From: Eledone cirrhosa
Taxonomy: Eukaryota
DNA: 64,000 nt
Assembly: GCA_964016885.1 (NCBI GenBank)
Contig: OZ024741.1
Location: 34,038,001 to 34,102,000, forward strand
Reading direction: 5' to 3'
In this document: piece after piece, positions 42,680-58,540 of the stretch
Layout: each line of letters begins with the position of its first letter
Position numbering within the stretch: position 1 is the first letter of the stretch
Translations under genes and position numbers: made by a program
Notes under the pieces: model-generated
Told to the model about the DNA's origin: nothing
Databases searched by the model: none
What the model saw: the letters and a program-made list of their open reading frames with translations, nothing else

Positions 42680-43112
42680 ATGTGTGGGGGGTGGGGGTGT
42701 ATGGGGTAGTGCCCCAGCATAGCCTCAGCTAGTCAGCTGGAACAGGTAAAAGATATATATATATATATGCTAGCATAGAAGATGGACGTTAAACGATGAT
42801 GATGATATATATCAAAACACACACATACATCCATGCATGCATGCATTCATTCATACATACATACACAACACATGCACACACACACACACACACCAATTTG
42901 TAGAGGTATATAAATAGTTCTCACCTCTTCTTTCAAGATATGTCAGGTAAAATACATGATATTCATTTGAAGTTTTACAGGTTTATTGATTTTAAATATG
43001 TATATAAACCTCACATGCCAGATTTTTATTGGAGGCTAGAAAAAACAAACAAATACACAATATTTATTTGTGGACTTTTGCACATACATACATGTATGCC
43101 TATGTATGTATA

Positions 43113-43167
<55 letters not shown>

Positions 43168-43288
43168 TCAAAATAGGAGGGTGCACAAGACAAATATAAT
43201 ATAAAGTGTTCTCCCAAAATGTATACACACTTTGATTAGAATGCTGTTGAAGTGTGTATACATTTTTTGGGAACACCCTGTTTGTATG

Positions 43289-43309
<21 letters not shown>

Positions 43310-43319
<10 letters not shown>

Positions 43320-43592
43320 ATATTAAGGCTAAAAAGTGAGAGTTGTTACTCACATTTTAGCCTTAATATAAATGAATATTAAAACTCTGCTTCGGTATTG
43401 AGTACTCCTTTCTCTCACTAGTTAGACCATTACTCAACAGAGTACTCAATACTTGGGATAGTAGAGTATGGCTATATTATAAAGAGTTGGAGCCCAATGG
43501 CTGAGCTCTTGCTGTTTCAACAGCTAGTTACAGACTGAACTAGTTGTTGAAATGGCAAGAGCTCAACCATCGGGCCTTGACTCTTTATAATA
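43310..43592. mobile_element. Adjacent family G and family D fold-back elements joined tail to tail
   Basis: Palindromes at about 43310-43380 and 43473-43592, with GTATTGAGTACTC (43395) and GAGTACTCAATAC (43440) facing each other. Confidence 0.7.
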
Positions 43593-43711
43593 TATATATA
43601 TATGTGTTGGTCCCCGAGTGGTGTTGGAGGAGGAGGGTAACCACAGTATAGGTACTCACTACATTGGCAGAGCATCTTTATTATATATAGAAATGACTTC
43701 TATAGGACTAA

Positions 43712-43830
<119 letters not shown>

Positions 43831-44689
43831 TGGTGTGACTAATTGACACTAATAAGATCAGTCAACCAAGTATTCCATATTTTAAAGAAAGTAGAGCATA
43901 GTTATTATCTAGAAATATGTTGTTTTTTTTTTTATATATCATCATCATCATCATCACCACTGTTTAACATCCATTTTTCCATGCTAGCATGGGTTAGACG
44001 AATTGTCCCGTTGTGAAACAAGACATGTCAGGTGATCTTGTCTTGCTCATACAGAACTGTTTCTGGCTGGATACCCTAACGCCAACCACATTTACGGTGT
44101 GGACTAGGTGCTTTTTGTCATGGCTCCTACACAACCACTTTACAGTGTGGACTGGGTGCTTTTTGTCAGTGCGCACTTTTAGTCATGGCACCAAATGGAC
44201 CTCCTTACAATAGACTGGGGTGAGGGAGGTCTGTGTCTGTAGCATGAGGATTAGAAAGATAGGTCTAGGGTGGGGGTGTAAGGACGTGGGTGAAGGGTGG
44301 AGTGTTAGGACGTGGAAAGTGTCTGGAAGCTGTGTGCATTTTTATGCATATATTCCCACCCATATACACACAAGTTAATGTGTATACACTTTTAGTTTTG
44401 GGGGTATGTGACAGGTGTATGTATATATCTCTGTATCTATATATCCAAATACATACTGTATGGTATGCATATACTCTACACATACACACAAAACTATACA
44501 TACATCATCATGATTTTACGTCCACTGTCCATGCTGGTATTGCTTGACCAGGGCTTCAGAGTCCAAATTAGTTATCAGCCAGAGGACCATGTCTCATTCA
44601 TACATTTTGGGCATGGTTTCTTCTGTTGGATACCATTCCTAATACCAACCACATTACAGAGTTGGTAGAGTGTAGGTGTCTTTATCATA

Positions 44690-45160
44690 TATATAGAAAT
44701 GACTTCTACAGGACTAGAAGTGTTTCATTTGTATGAAATCATCAGGAATGTCATAAAGTTGGTTAGTTCTTGATGATTTCATACATCATCATTATCGTTT
44801 AACGTCTATCTTCCTTGCTAGCATGGGTTAGACGGGAGTTGTCCCATTTGAGGCAAGATTGGTCGGATGGCCGTGTCTCGCTCGTATAGGACTATCTGGC
44901 AGGTTTTCTATGGCTGGATGCCCTTCCTAACACAAACCACATTTACAGTGTGGACTGGGAGCTTTTTAACGTGTTACCTACAGGGCCACATTACAGCGTG
45001 GACTGTGTTTTTTTTTTGTGTTTTTTTTTGTCGTGACACCTACACGACCTCATTAGTTCGGACTGGATGTTGTGGTACCAACAAATTTTATAGAGAAAGG
45101 GTGGTGTTGGTGGGAGTGGAAGGATGGAGTCGGGGTAAGAAGTCATTTCTATATTTGTAA
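44690..45160. mobile_element. Family B fold-back element split by an RTE 3' UTR insertion (44785-45135, minus)
   Basis: Left arm ATAGAAATGACTTCT..; the right arm resumes after the insert as AGAAGTCATTTCTAT. Confidence 0.7.
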
Positions 45161-45688
45161 ATAATTCTTATCCACCCTCCACTCTCCAGGATTATATAAA
45201 TATGTCCTGGGTGGTGGGACAGTGGGCTATCAGGTGTGTGTATCTGTGTGCGTGTGTCTGTCTGTACGTGTGTGTGTGCCTGTCTGTTTGTGTGTGTGTG
45301 TGTGTCTATGTGTGTCTGTTTGTGTGTGTGTGCATGTCTATGTGTGTCTGTTTGTGCGTGTGGGTATGTCTATGTGTGTGCCTGTCTGTTTGTGTGCCTG
45401 TCTGTGTGTGTCTGTGTGTGTGTCTTTGTGTGTGTGTTTGATATTTTTAGAGCTTCATGAAATGTTTCTAATTCCCTGTGTATTCCCACGCTGTCTCTAT
45501 CAACCTGCCCACCCCTCAGAAACATCCTCTGTCTTCTATGTTGATTTATTCACCTGTTGGTGTGTGGATGTGTATATATATATATATATACACACATACA
45601 GTGTGTGCATATGCAAGATATATAGGATAAACTCATGCTCATATCTACAACAAAAAAAATGCATTAAGAAGTATGTGGATATGAAGTG

Positions 45689-45761
<73 letters not shown>

Positions 45762-45852
45762 GCGTGTGTATAGTGGTTACATACATTAAGAATGAAATTT
45801 TATATGCATCTATCCACACTCATATTTATATACACCTCTATAAACATTTGCC

Positions 45853-45897
<45 letters not shown>

Positions 45898-46602
45898 TAC
45901 ACATGTAGATGTTATGTGTGAGATATTAATATGTATAAATATAAGGTATTTTATGTACACAGGTGTGTATGTGTGAGTGTATATATATATATATAGCTTC
46001 ATACCTGTTGACAGAAGAGAAACAAGACCAGTTTGTGGACTAAAATTATGTTCTGAAAATAAAAACAGTTTTAAAATTGTCATTTATAGTCACATCCAAC
46101 TTCACTGAATCTTGTTACACACACACACACACTTATACACACACACATACACACACTCACACACACACACACACACACTCACACACTTATACACACACAC
46201 ACACACACTTATACACATATAACAGAAGGCGTGTAGCTTAGTGGTTAGAGCATAAGTCTTGCAAACGTGATGTTGTGAGTTTAATTCCCAAGCTAGGCGG
46301 TATGTTGTGTCCTTGAGCAAGTCATTTTATTTTCATGTTGCTCAAGTTCATTCAGCTAGAAAAAATACGCTGTAATGTCACTGGTATGGAGCTGTACAGG
46401 CCTTTACCTTTCCCTTGAGCAGCATTTGAAGGGAACCTTCTAGGTGGAAGCCCATGGTCATTCATGACAAAATGGGGTTGCTTCTATTTATATATATCAT
46501 CATCATCATCATCTCCGATTAACATCCATGTTTCAACGCTGGCATGGGTTAATATATATATATATATATGTATGTATACACACATACATATACAGACACA
46601 CG

Positions 46603-46635
<33 letters not shown>

Positions 46636-47449
46636 GAAGACACACCCTCTATTCAACCCATGGAAAGTTGGACATGCTACACACATACTCACTGTAATGT
46701 GGTTGTGCTGGTGACAACAAAAAAGCACCCAATCCACCCTGTAATGTGGTTGGCATTAAGAAGAGCATCCAGCCATAGGAACCACGTCAGAAACAACTCT
46801 GTATGAGCAAGACACAGTCTCACCTGATCTGACCTGACTTGTCTCATAATGTTACAACTCGTTTAACCCATGCACAGGTGAAAAATAGACATTAAATAAT
46901 AATGATGATGATGATGATACACACACACACAAACCCTGTCACTCTGTAGTGTTTGTCTGTGTTTATCTGTGTTTATCTGTGTTTATCAGTGTGTATGTGT
47001 GATGTGTGTTGTATTCTCTAAACTGGTTTCTCATTCATGTGAAGGCATGTTACTAAGTGGTTAATATGTTAGTCTTACAACCATAATTTGATCCCCACAG
47101 CTGGAGAAACTCATTTATCAAGGATCCCTTCTGAAAACATCCAGGGTCAATTAATATGTTTATTCTATTACAATTAAAACACACAACCCCCACCACTAAT
47201 AATGGTTTCTGATTTAGGCACAAGGCCAACAATTTTGAGGGAGGAGAAAGTCGATTGCATTGACGCCACTGCGTTACTGGTACTTTATTGAACTCAGAAC
47301 GTACAGGAACTAAATACTGCAAAACATTTTTGTCCGATGCTCTCCCGATTCTGCCAATCCCCCACCCTTAATAATAATAATTGTTTCTACGTTTGGCACA
47401 AGGCCAGCAATACCCAGTGCATTACTGGTACTTTATGCTATCAAACCCA

Positions 47450-47912
47450 CTACTACCATCACCACCACCACCACTACCACCACCGCTACCACCACTACCA
47501 CCACTATCACCACTACCACCACCATCACCACTACCACCACCACCACCACTACCACCACCAGCACCACCATCACCACCACCACCACCATCACCACCACCAC
47601 CACCACCACCACCATCACTACCACCACCACCACCACCATCACTACCACCACCACCACCACCATCACTACCACCACCACCACAACCACTACCACCACCATC
47701 ACCACCACCATCACCACTACCAGCACCACTACCATCACCATCACCACCACCATCACCACTTATTGTAGTTGTATTAGATAATTGTTGTAGTAGTTGTGTT
47801 AGTAGTAGTGTAGGTTGTAGTAGTATTAGTTGTGGGAGGTTGTACTAGTATAGGTGGTAGTGATAGAAGTGGTAGCGGTAAAACAAGAGGTATTTAGACT
47901 ATTAGTGTAGTA

Positions 47913-47946
<34 letters not shown>

Positions 47947-49523
47947 CCCTGTGTGTGTGTCCCCATGTCTGCATGTGTGTGCGTATACCAATTCTTTGCT
48001 GAGTCATATCAAGCATCACCTCAATAAGATGCAGCTGAAATTGTCTCAGTAAGTCATTCCATTGATGGCGGGAGGTAACAATGGTGGTTGTGGTGGTGGT
48101 GCTAGGGGTGGTTGTGGTGGTGGTGCTAGGGGTGGTTGTGGTGGTGGTGCTAGGGGTGGTTGTGGTGGTGGTGCTAGGGGTGGTTGTGGTGGTGGTGCTA
48201 GGGGTGGTTGTGGTGGTTGTGCTAGGGGTGGTTGTGGTGGTGCTAGGGGTGGTTGTGGTGGTGGTGGTTGTGGTGCTAGGGGTGGTTGTGGTGGTGGTGC
48301 TAGGGGTGGTTGTGGTGGTGGTGCTAGGGGTGGTGATGATGGTGGTGGTGGTTGTGGTGGTGGTGCTAGGGGTGGTGATGATGGTGGTGCTAAGGGTGGT
48401 GATGATGGTGGTGGTGGTGACAATGGTGGTTGTGGTGATGATGATGGTGGTGGTAGTGGTGGTGATGGTGGTAGTGGTGGTGGTGACAATGGTGGTGGTG
48501 GTGGTAGTGGTGGTGGTAGTGGTAGTGGTGATGATGGTGGTGGTTGTGGAGGTACTGGTGGTGATGATGGTGGTAGTGGTGGTGACAATGGTGGTAGTGA
48601 TGACCATGATGGTGGTGATGATGACAATGGTGATGGTGATGGTGACAATGGTGGTAGTGATGACCATGATGGTGGTGATGATGACAATGGTGATGGTGAT
48701 GGTGACAATGGTGATGAAGAGAACAGTGGTGATGGTGAGTCAGTGTATTTGTGGTCCAAATATAATTATACTTTCACCTAAGTGTCTTTATAATACCAAA
48801 ACTATTTCAACACTGTCACAACACTGTCTCCACAACCATCACAACACTATCACAACCATCACAACACTGTCACAACCATCACAACACTATCACAACCATC
48901 ACAACACTGTCACAACCATCACAACACTATCACAACCATCACAACACTGTCACAACCATCACAATACTATCACAACCATCACAACACTGTCACAACCATC
49001 ACAACACTATCACAACCATCACAACACTATCACAACCCTGTCACAACCATCACAACACTATCACAACCATCACAACACTATCACAACCATCACAACACTA
49101 TCACAACCATCACAACACTGTCACAACCATCACAACACTGCCACAACCATCACAACACTATCACAACATTATCACAACCCTGTCACAACCATCACAACAC
49201 TATCACAACCATCACAGCACTATCACAACCATCACAACACTATCACAACACTGTCACAACCATCACAACACTATCACAACCATCACAACACTATCACAAC
49301 CCTGTCACAACCGTCACAACACTATCACAACCATCACAACATTATCACAACCATCACAACATTATCACAACCATCACAACACTGTCACAACCATCACAAC
49401 ACTATCACAACACTATCACAACACTATCACAACCATCACAACACTGTCACAACCATCACAACACTATCACAACACTGTCACAACTATCACAACACTATCA
49501 CAACCGTCACAACACTGTCACAA
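47450..49523. repeat. Cluster of simple repeats: (CAC)n, GGT-based 21-mers and CACAACCAT/CACAACACT arrays
   Basis: Directly visible. Confidence 0.93.
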
Positions 49524-50329
49524 CTCCTCTCCTCACCAACAATGCATCCTTCCATCCATCTAACCATCCTATACAGAAGTGCTAACCCTATCCAGCTCAT
49601 GTTAAAGTTTGTCTCTCCTCCAAAGGCATCTAGGTATATGTTGTGTGTGTGTTCATTAATGTATATGTATATGAAGGTATATACAATATGTTTATATATA
49701 ATAAACATATGTCTCTTTATGTCTACTTTAAAATGTGATCATGTCACAGCTCTCTCAACAGCCATGTAAGAATGTCAGACACTAGTGTTTCAGGATTTTT
49801 TATCCATCATCAGTGGCATCTATTCACTCAATACTTGGATTAGAATAAGCTGTAGCCTATATACTTTTGAATATAAAACATTTGAATTTTCACACAGCTA
49901 CTAAGATAGCTGGATCACAGCTTAAAATAGAATCTCTAAAATGGCTGACTGAATATGTCCCCCCCCACCCCTTCCCTTTTTTTTTTCCATTCCTTCCTTC
50001 CTCTTCTTACTCTTTATCTTTCTATTTTATATGTTATTTCTAACTCTATCTTCTGATAAAGGACAAGTGTTCAAAACATTAAGACCCTCTTTTGCTATTT
50101 CAAGTGTTAAACTAATATATTTCTTAAATGTATTGTGTCATTTGCTTTGTTATTTCTGTTTACTTTTTATGTCAATCTTATCTCATCTCAAATGTATAAT
50201 CCCATTGGGATCCTTTCACACTTCATGTCCACCACAAAACCCTTCCACTTCTTACTATCCAGAGCTATCCTTTCTAGCTTCAGCTGCAGTATTCCAGTGT
50301 CCTCTCCAATTTGATCCTTCCATCTCTTG

Positions 50330-50420
50330 AGAAATCTACCCTGTGGCCTAGGAAGTTACAGGACTTTCTAACATAGTTATCATCTCCTCTCCTGATAACA
50401 TGCCCCAACCAAAGAGTGAG
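50330..50420 (-). pseudogene. Tiny decayed RTE fragment
   Basis: WLGHVIRRGDDNYVRK resembles [16 protein letters not shown]. Confidence 0.5.
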
Positions 50421-50436
50421 AGTATGTGTGAACATT

Positions 50437-53400
50437 GTGATGATGATGTTGATAGCAATGATAATGGTGGTGATGATGGTGATGATAGGAATGATAATGG
50501 TGGTGATGATGGTGATGATAGGAATGATAATGGTGGTGATGATGGTGATAGGAATGATAATGGTGGTGATGATGGTGATAGGAATGATAATGGTGATGAT
50601 GATGATGGTGATAGGAATGATAATGGTGGTGATGATGGTGATGATAGGAATGATAATGGTGATGATGATGGTGATGATAGGAATGATAATGGTGGTGATG
50701 ATGGTGATAGCAATGATAATGGTGATGATGATGGTGATGATAGGAATGATAATGGTGGTGATGATGGTGATGATAGGAATGATAATGGTGGTGATGATGG
50801 TGATAGCAATGATAATGGTGATGATGATGGTGATGATAGGAATGATAATGGTGGTGATGATGGTGATAGCAATGATAATGGTGGTGATGATGATGGTGAT
50901 AGGAATGATAATGGTGGTGATGATGGTGATGATAGGAATGATAATGGTGGTGATGATGGTGATAGCAATGATAATGGTGATGATGATGGTGATGATAGGA
51001 ATGATAATGGTGGTGATGATGGTGATAGCAATGATAATGGTGATGATGGTGATAGCAATGATAATGGCGGTGATGATGATGGTGATAGCAATGATAATGG
51101 CGGTGATGATGGTGGTGATAGCAATGATAATGGTGATGATGATGATGGTGATAGCAATGATAATGGCGGTGATGATGGTGGTGATAGCAATGATAATGGT
51201 GATGATGATGATGGTGATAGCAATGATAATGGCGGTGATGATGGTGGTGATAGCAATGATAATGGTGATGATGATGATGGTGATAGCAATGATAATGGCG
51301 GTGATGATGGTGGTGATAGCAATGATAATGGTGATGATGATGATGGTGATAGCAATGATAATGGTGATGATGATGATGGTGATAGCAATGATAATGGCGG
51401 TGATGATGGTGGTGATAGCAATGATAATGGTGATGATGATGATGGTGATAGCAATGATAATGGTGATGATGATGGTGATAGCAATGATAATGGTGATGAT
51501 GATGGTGGTGATAGCAATGATAATGGCGGTGATGATGGTGGTGATAGCAATGATAATGGTGATGATGATGGTGGTGATAGCAATGATAATGGTGATGATG
51601 ATGATGGTGATAGCAATGATAATGGTGATGATGATGATGGTGATAGCAATGATAATGGTGATGATGATGGTGATAGCAATGATAATGGTGATGATGATGA
51701 TGGTGATAGCAATGATAATGGTGATGATGATGATGGTGATAGCAATGATAATGGTGATGATGATGGTGATAGCAATGATAATGGTGATGATGATGATGGT
51801 GATAGCAATGATAATGGCGGTGATGGTGGTGGTGATAGCAATGATAATGGTGGTGGTGGTGGTGGTGATAGCAATGATAATGGTGATGATGATGATGGTG
51901 ATAGCAATGATAATGGTGATGATGATGGTGGTGATGATGGTGGTGGTGATAGCAATGATAATGGTGGTGATGGTGGTGGTGATAGCAATGATAATGGTGG
52001 TGATGGTGGTGGTGATAGCAATGATAATGGTGATGATGGTGGTGGTGATAGTAATGATAATGGCGGTGATGGTGGTGGTGATAGCAATGATAATGGTGAT
52101 GATGATGGTGATAGCAATGATAATGGTGGTGATGATGGTGATAGCAATGATAATGGTGATGGTGATGATGGTGATAGCAATGATAATGGTGGTGGTGATG
52201 ATGATAATGATGATTGTGGTGGTGGTGATGATGGTGGTGATTATGAAATGAAAAAGGGGTTTTCTCATTTTAAAACAGTTGTTTTTACTTTATTCTATCA
52301 CTACCTCCACCATCACCATCACTACCTCCACCATCACCATCACTACCTCCACCATCACCATCACTACCTCCACCATAACCATCACTACCTCCACCATCAC
52401 CATCACTACCTCCACCATCACCATCACTACCTCCACCATCACTACCTCCACCATCACCATCACTATCTCCACCATCACCATCACTACCTCCACCATCACC
52501 ATCACTACCTCCACCATCACCATCACTACCTCCACCATCACCATCACTATCTCCACCATCACCATCACTACTTTCACCATCACTATCTCCACCATCACCA
52601 TCACTACCTCCACCATCACCATCACTACCTCCACCATCACTACCTCCACCATCACTACCTCCACCATCACCATCACTACCTCCACCATAACCATCACTAC
52701 CTCCACCATCACCATCTCCACCATCACTATCTCCACCATCACTACCTCCACCATCACCATCACTACCTCCACCATAACCATCACTACCTCCACCATCACC
52801 ATCACTACCTCCACCATCACCATCACTACCTCCACCATCACCATCACTACCTCCACCATCACCATCACTACCTCCACCATCACTATCTCCACCATCACCA
52901 TCACTACCTCCACCATCACCATCACTACCTCCACCATCACCATCACTACCTCCACCATCACCATCACTATCTCCACCATCACCATCACTACTTCCACCAT
53001 CACCATCACTATCTCCACCATCACTACCTCCACCATCACCATCACTACCTCCACCATCACCATCACTACCCCCACCATCACCATCACTATCTCCACCATC
53101 ACCATCACTATCTCCACCATCACCATCACTATCTCCACCATCACTACCTCCACCATCACCATCACTATCTCCACCATCACTACCTCCACCATCACCATCA
53201 CTATCTCCACCATCACTACCTCCACCATCACCATCACTACCTCCACCATCACCATCACTACCCCCACCATCACCATCACTATCTCCACCATCACTATCTC
53301 CACCATCACCATCACTATCTCCACCATCACTATCTCCACCATCACCATCACTACCCCCACCATCACCATCACTATCTCCACCATCACCATCACTATCTCC

Positions 53401-53645
53401 ACCATCACTATCTCCACCATCACTATCTCCACCATCACCATCACTACCTCCACCATCACCATCACTACCCCCACCATCACCATCACTACCTCCACCATCA
53501 CCATCACTACCCCCACCATCACCATCACTACCCCCACCATCACCATCACTATCTCCACCATCACTATCTCCACCATCACCATCACTACCTCCACCATCAC
53601 TATCTCCACCATCACCATCTCCACCATCACCATCACTATCACCAT
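50437..53645. repeat. Higher-order trinucleotide arrays: GATAGCAATGATAATGGT(GAT)n at 50437-52240 and CACTACCTCCACCATCACCAT at 52297-53645
   Basis: Directly visible. Confidence 0.95.
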
Positions 53646-53719
53646 TGCCATAATTGTTGTTGTTATTAAGAAATTGTTAAACTTAATTGAGTAATGGTGA
53701 CTTTGTGTTCAATTGGTAT

Positions 53720-54822
53720 CTCACTCTCTTTCTCTCTCTCTCTACATATCTATCTATCACCCACTCCCCCTCTCTCACTTTTTTCTCTCTCTCTACATAT
53801 CTATCTATCACCCATTCCCCATCACCCACTCCCTCTCTCTCTCTACATTGTTAACTATCTATCACTCCTCCTCTCTCTACATATCTATTTATCACCCACT
53901 CCCTCTCTACATATCTATCACCCACTTCTCCTCTCTCTCTACATATCTACCTATCACTCCTCCTCTCTCTACATATCTATCTATCTATCACCCACTCCCC
54001 CTCTCTCTCTCTACATAGTTAACTATCTATCACACACTCCCTCTCTCTCTCTCTACATATCTACCTATCACTCCTCCTCTCTCTACATATCTATCTATCA
54101 CCCACTCCCCCTCTCTCTCTCTACATAGTTAACTATCTATCACCCACTCCCCCTCTCTCTCTACATATCTACCTATCACTCCCCCTCTACATATCTATCT
54201 ATCACCCCCCCCCCTCACTCTCTCACTCTACATATCTATTTATCACCCCCCCCCCCCCCACACTCTCTACAACTCTATCTCTCACCTCAAAGAATTTTTC
54301 AGAAGTCTGAAGACAATTAGAAGACAAAAAAAAATACTTCCTACTCTCCTCCTTTTTAAACTGTTTTGGTGGTGGTGGTGATGGTAATGGTGATGGTGGT
54401 GGTGGTGGTGGTGGTGGTGATGGTAATGGTGGTGAGTGTGATGGTGGTAGTGGTGATGATGGTGGTGGTGGTGATGGTAATGGTGGTGGTGGTGGTGATG
54501 GTGCTGATGGTAGTACTGGTGCTGATGGTGGCAGTGATGGTGGTGATGGTGGGGTTCTGCTGATGATTTTCTATTTTTCATGTATATATTTATATTTTTT
54601 ATTAATTTGTTTTAATTCATTATTTTTTATTTTTCTTATTACAAAGTTTAAATCCCAATTCATTCAGCTTCCTCTCAAAATCCAGCAATCAATCAGAACA
54701 AGATCTCTCTTTCTCTCTCTCCTCTCTCTCTCTATTCCCCTCTCTCTTTCTCTATCTCTATCTATCTATCTCCCTCAATCTCTCTATCTCTATCTGTCTC
54801 TCTTTCTTCTTTCTCTCCCTCC

Positions 54823-54880
<58 letters not shown>
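53720..54880. repeat. CT-rich minisatellite, (GGT)n and (CT)n repeats
   Basis: Directly visible. Confidence 0.85.
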
Positions 54881-54881
<1 letters not shown>

Positions 54882-55379
54882 CATGCTGTACTTGTTCTCC
54901 CATCTTTTGCAAGTATATGATGAGAAGGGTGTCAATCAGTACCCCTCCCTCCTAATGGGGTAGAGAGAGAGAGAGGTAGAAGAATGGTTAGAATCACCCC
55001 CACCACCACCTTAATTTAATGAGTTGTCAGGTGATCCACCTTTACTATATATTCCTCCTCCTCCTCCTCATGATGGTTGATACTCAGAGTGAACCATTTA
55101 CACATTGTTAATTGACTGGTGATGATGAACACTGCAATTGGTGGTGGTGGGGTTGTCGAAGTGGGGGGGGGGGTAGTGCTGATGTGAAGGATCGGAACAT
55201 TTCTCAACAAAGCATCTTTCTGAAGACAGCAATGCACCCACCCTCTCCCACCACCCTAACCCCCACAGAAAATAATAGAAAAAAACACTTGGAATAATTT
55301 CTTTATTTTTTGAGAGTGGGGGCGGGGCAGGTCTGCCAACAGATGATGCTTCCTGTTTTAGGTTCAACAACAACAGCAG

Positions 55380-56150
55380 TAATAAAAATAATTATTTCTA
55401 CCTTTGGCACAAGGCCCGCAATTACCCAGTACATTACTGGTACTTTATTTTATCGACCCTGTAAGGATGAAAGGCAAAGTTGACCTCGGCGGGATTTGAA
55501 CTCAGAATCGAAACAATAATAAAAATAATGGTTTCTAATTTAGGCACAAGGCCAGAAATTTGGGGGAGGGAAAAGTTAATTATATTGATCCTAGTACATA
55601 ACTGGTACTTTATTTCATTGACCCCCAGAAGGATGGAAGGCAAAGTTGATCTCAATGGGACTTGAACTCAGAATGTAAAGGGCCATAACTAAATGCTACA
55701 AAGGATTTTGTTTGACCCTTTAATGATTCTGCTAAATAATTGTTTTTAGTTTAGGCACAAGGCCAGCAATTATCCCAGTGCATTACTGGTACTTTATTTT
55801 ATCGACCCCGTAAGGATGAAAGGCAAAGTTAACCTCGGCGGGATTCGAACTCAGACCATAAAGGGGCGTAACTGTATGCTACAAAGCATGGCATCCAACT
55901 CTCAACCGATACTGCCAATTCCCGATTCTGCTAAATAATAATGGTTTCTGGTTTAAGCATAATGCCGACTGTTTTGGGGAGGAGAAAGTTGATTAAATCA
56001 ACCCTAGTGCATTACTGGTACTTTATTTTATCGATCCTGTAAGGTTGAAAGTCAAAGCTAACCTCGGCGGGATTTGAACTCAGAATGTAAAGGGCCATAA
56101 CTATGCTGCAAAGCATGGTGTCTGATGTTCTACTGATACTGCCAATTCCC
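55380..56150 (-). mobile_element. Head-to-tail cluster of four Meta/MESC-like SINEs
   Basis: Repeated GGCACAAGGCC..CTGGTACTTTATTT..GGATGAAAGGCAAAGTT..GGATTTGAACTCAGA units. Confidence 0.8.
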
Positions 56151-58540
56151 CACCATCAACAACACATGTACACACACACCTACTCATGCATATAAATGCT
56201 CACACATTTACCTACACCCATCTCAATACACACATCAACCCAAGTACCTACTCCACACAGTAAAGTAGTCGTGTTAGTGACACAACAAGAAGTACCCAGC
56301 CCTCACAGTAAAGTAATCATGCTGGTGACATGACAAAAAGCTCTCAGTCCACACTGTAAAGTGGTCATGTAGGTGTCATGGCAAAAAGCACCCAGTCCAC
56401 ACTAAATGTGGTTTGTGTTAGGAAGGACATCCAGCCATAGAAACCAAGTCAAAATCAGTTCTGTATGAGCAAGACATGGTCATCTGTCCTGGTTTGTCTC
56501 ACAAGGCAACTTGCCTAACCCATACTAAGGAGGAAAAATGGACATTAAGTGGAGATGATGATGATATATATACTCACATACGTGTACCTACACACCATTC
56601 CAATGCACACATAAACACATGTACCACCCTCCCTGATACTCATACCCAAGCACAGTTATAATACCCCTCCAATCTCTCTATACATCTTTTAACCAACTAG
56701 ATTGTTCCACTAGAGGGATGGTCTGTTGGGGTGACCTGTCTCAATCACCACATCACCCACACATCCATCTAGATTGTTCCACTAGGAGTGGGGGGTGTCC
56801 AGTTACAACCCCCTCTCCCACTACCTTAGCTTGTTTAGATCCTTCTATAAGGGAGGTTGTGGGGTGGGTTGACAAGTTACAACAGCTTTCTATCTAGATT
56901 GTTGTTCCTCTATTATAGGGTGGGGTAAGGGTGATCACTTACCTTACCCCCCCCCCCACACACACACTCACACCCTCATCACCTCACCTTCATGTCTAGA
57001 ATGTTCCACCATAAGGGAGAAGCAAGAGTGGGGTGGGGGAATAAGAGACCTGGTGTCTTCATCAGATAATCTACAACAATTCATTTATTCATTTCTATTT
57101 CCCCTATCAGTCTGTCATCTATTCTTAATCTGTGTAGTAGTTGTAGTGATGGTGATGATGAAGATGATGGTCATGGTTGTAGTGGTGGTGGCGGTTGTTT
57201 AGCCCTAGGCTATTATTAAGCAGGCATCAAATACATTCCAGTTATGATTATCTCATCTTTTTTTTTAAGGATTTTGTGGAACTAAGCTATCTAATATGTC
57301 TTTTCCTGTCCCAAGATAGTAGGGTGTAATTTGAGGAAGATTAGGCTTCTGTTTCTAGCATACCAACCAACTATATAGAAACTCATCCATTGACCTAAAA
57401 ATATCATGTAGAAACTGCAAAAAATGTACATTGTTTAGAGTTATGTTTTCTAGGAATTCAACAGTTTGTGTATAGGAACAAGGAGTCTCCTGGCTAGGAC
57501 CTTAGGGCACTACCAGGTAATCTGAATAAGAAAACACTTGTTAATTGATTAACTTAGGCCACTGCCCAGTTTATTACCATGACAACCACCACCATCACTT
57601 GACCACTGGATACTTTTAGCAGAGTCCATTCTGTTGCAAGCATTTGGACCAAGTTTCTGGGTTCAATATAGCTTCCTCTTGCCCTCACCTGTCTTGGAAG
57701 CCCTGAAACAAGTCATGAGCACTGCCCTTATCTCCCTGGCTATCCAATATAAAAACAAAACATATAACAAATCTCTCTCTCTCCCCCTCTCTCCCTTTCT
57801 ATCTCTCCCTCTCCCTCCTCTCCCCCCTCTCTCTCTCCCCCTCCCCCCTCTCTCTCTCTCTCATAGCTAATACTCTCACAGTGTCTGCTATTGAAATCAT
57901 TACTGGTTGACAATATCCATCTATAAAGGCATGGGCAGCCTATATTTGTGATGCTATGGAATCACAAATTGCAGCCTGCTCCACCCATCCTCGGTGAATG
58001 CTAATACAAGTACAAAGTATAGAATATAGGCCTCCAGTTTGAAGCTAACTTCCTAACATATTTAGGAGGGCCCCAAAAGAGTGATGGGCATGGCCCTTCA
58101 TTCCGGACTATACACTGAGAAACAATATCTAAAAATTAAAACATCTTTCTGCTACTTAGAATTCTGAACTGCTTCCACACTGCTTCTCTCTCTTGTTCGA
58201 TTTTCTGGCTCTATTTACAGTCAAGTGGACTGGGCTGATGCAACTTGAAGTACTGTTTGTATACAAACACTGCAGCAGCAACAGCAGCAGCTGCTGCCTC
58301 TTAATGAGCTATCTATATATGGCAACTCTCTCGGACATAACCAGTGAGGAAGTTAATTGGATGTGCAAGTGTGTGTGTGTGAACATGTAGATAGCGATGG
58401 CAGTAGAGGGGGGGGGAGGATGTGTTATTTTTGTCTTTTTAAAAATATGTATGGAAAAATGTCTAAGGAAATTTTTCCATTTTCTTCCTTTTTTTTTTTC
58501 AAAGTCGCCATAGAAACACCATCATTAATCTGATAGATGT

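Noticed and set aside
47337-49769. Gly-, Pro- and Thr-rich ORFs (mucin- or extensin-like)
   Set aside because: They derive from (GGT)n/(CAC)n repeats that are open in multiple frames.
50400-53669. 1089-aa D/G/N-rich then H-rich ORF resembling a biomineral or His-rich structural protein
   Set aside because: It is two adjacent trinucleotide-based arrays open in several frames on both strands, with no signal peptide or codon-level diversity; it begins in a decayed RTE fragment.
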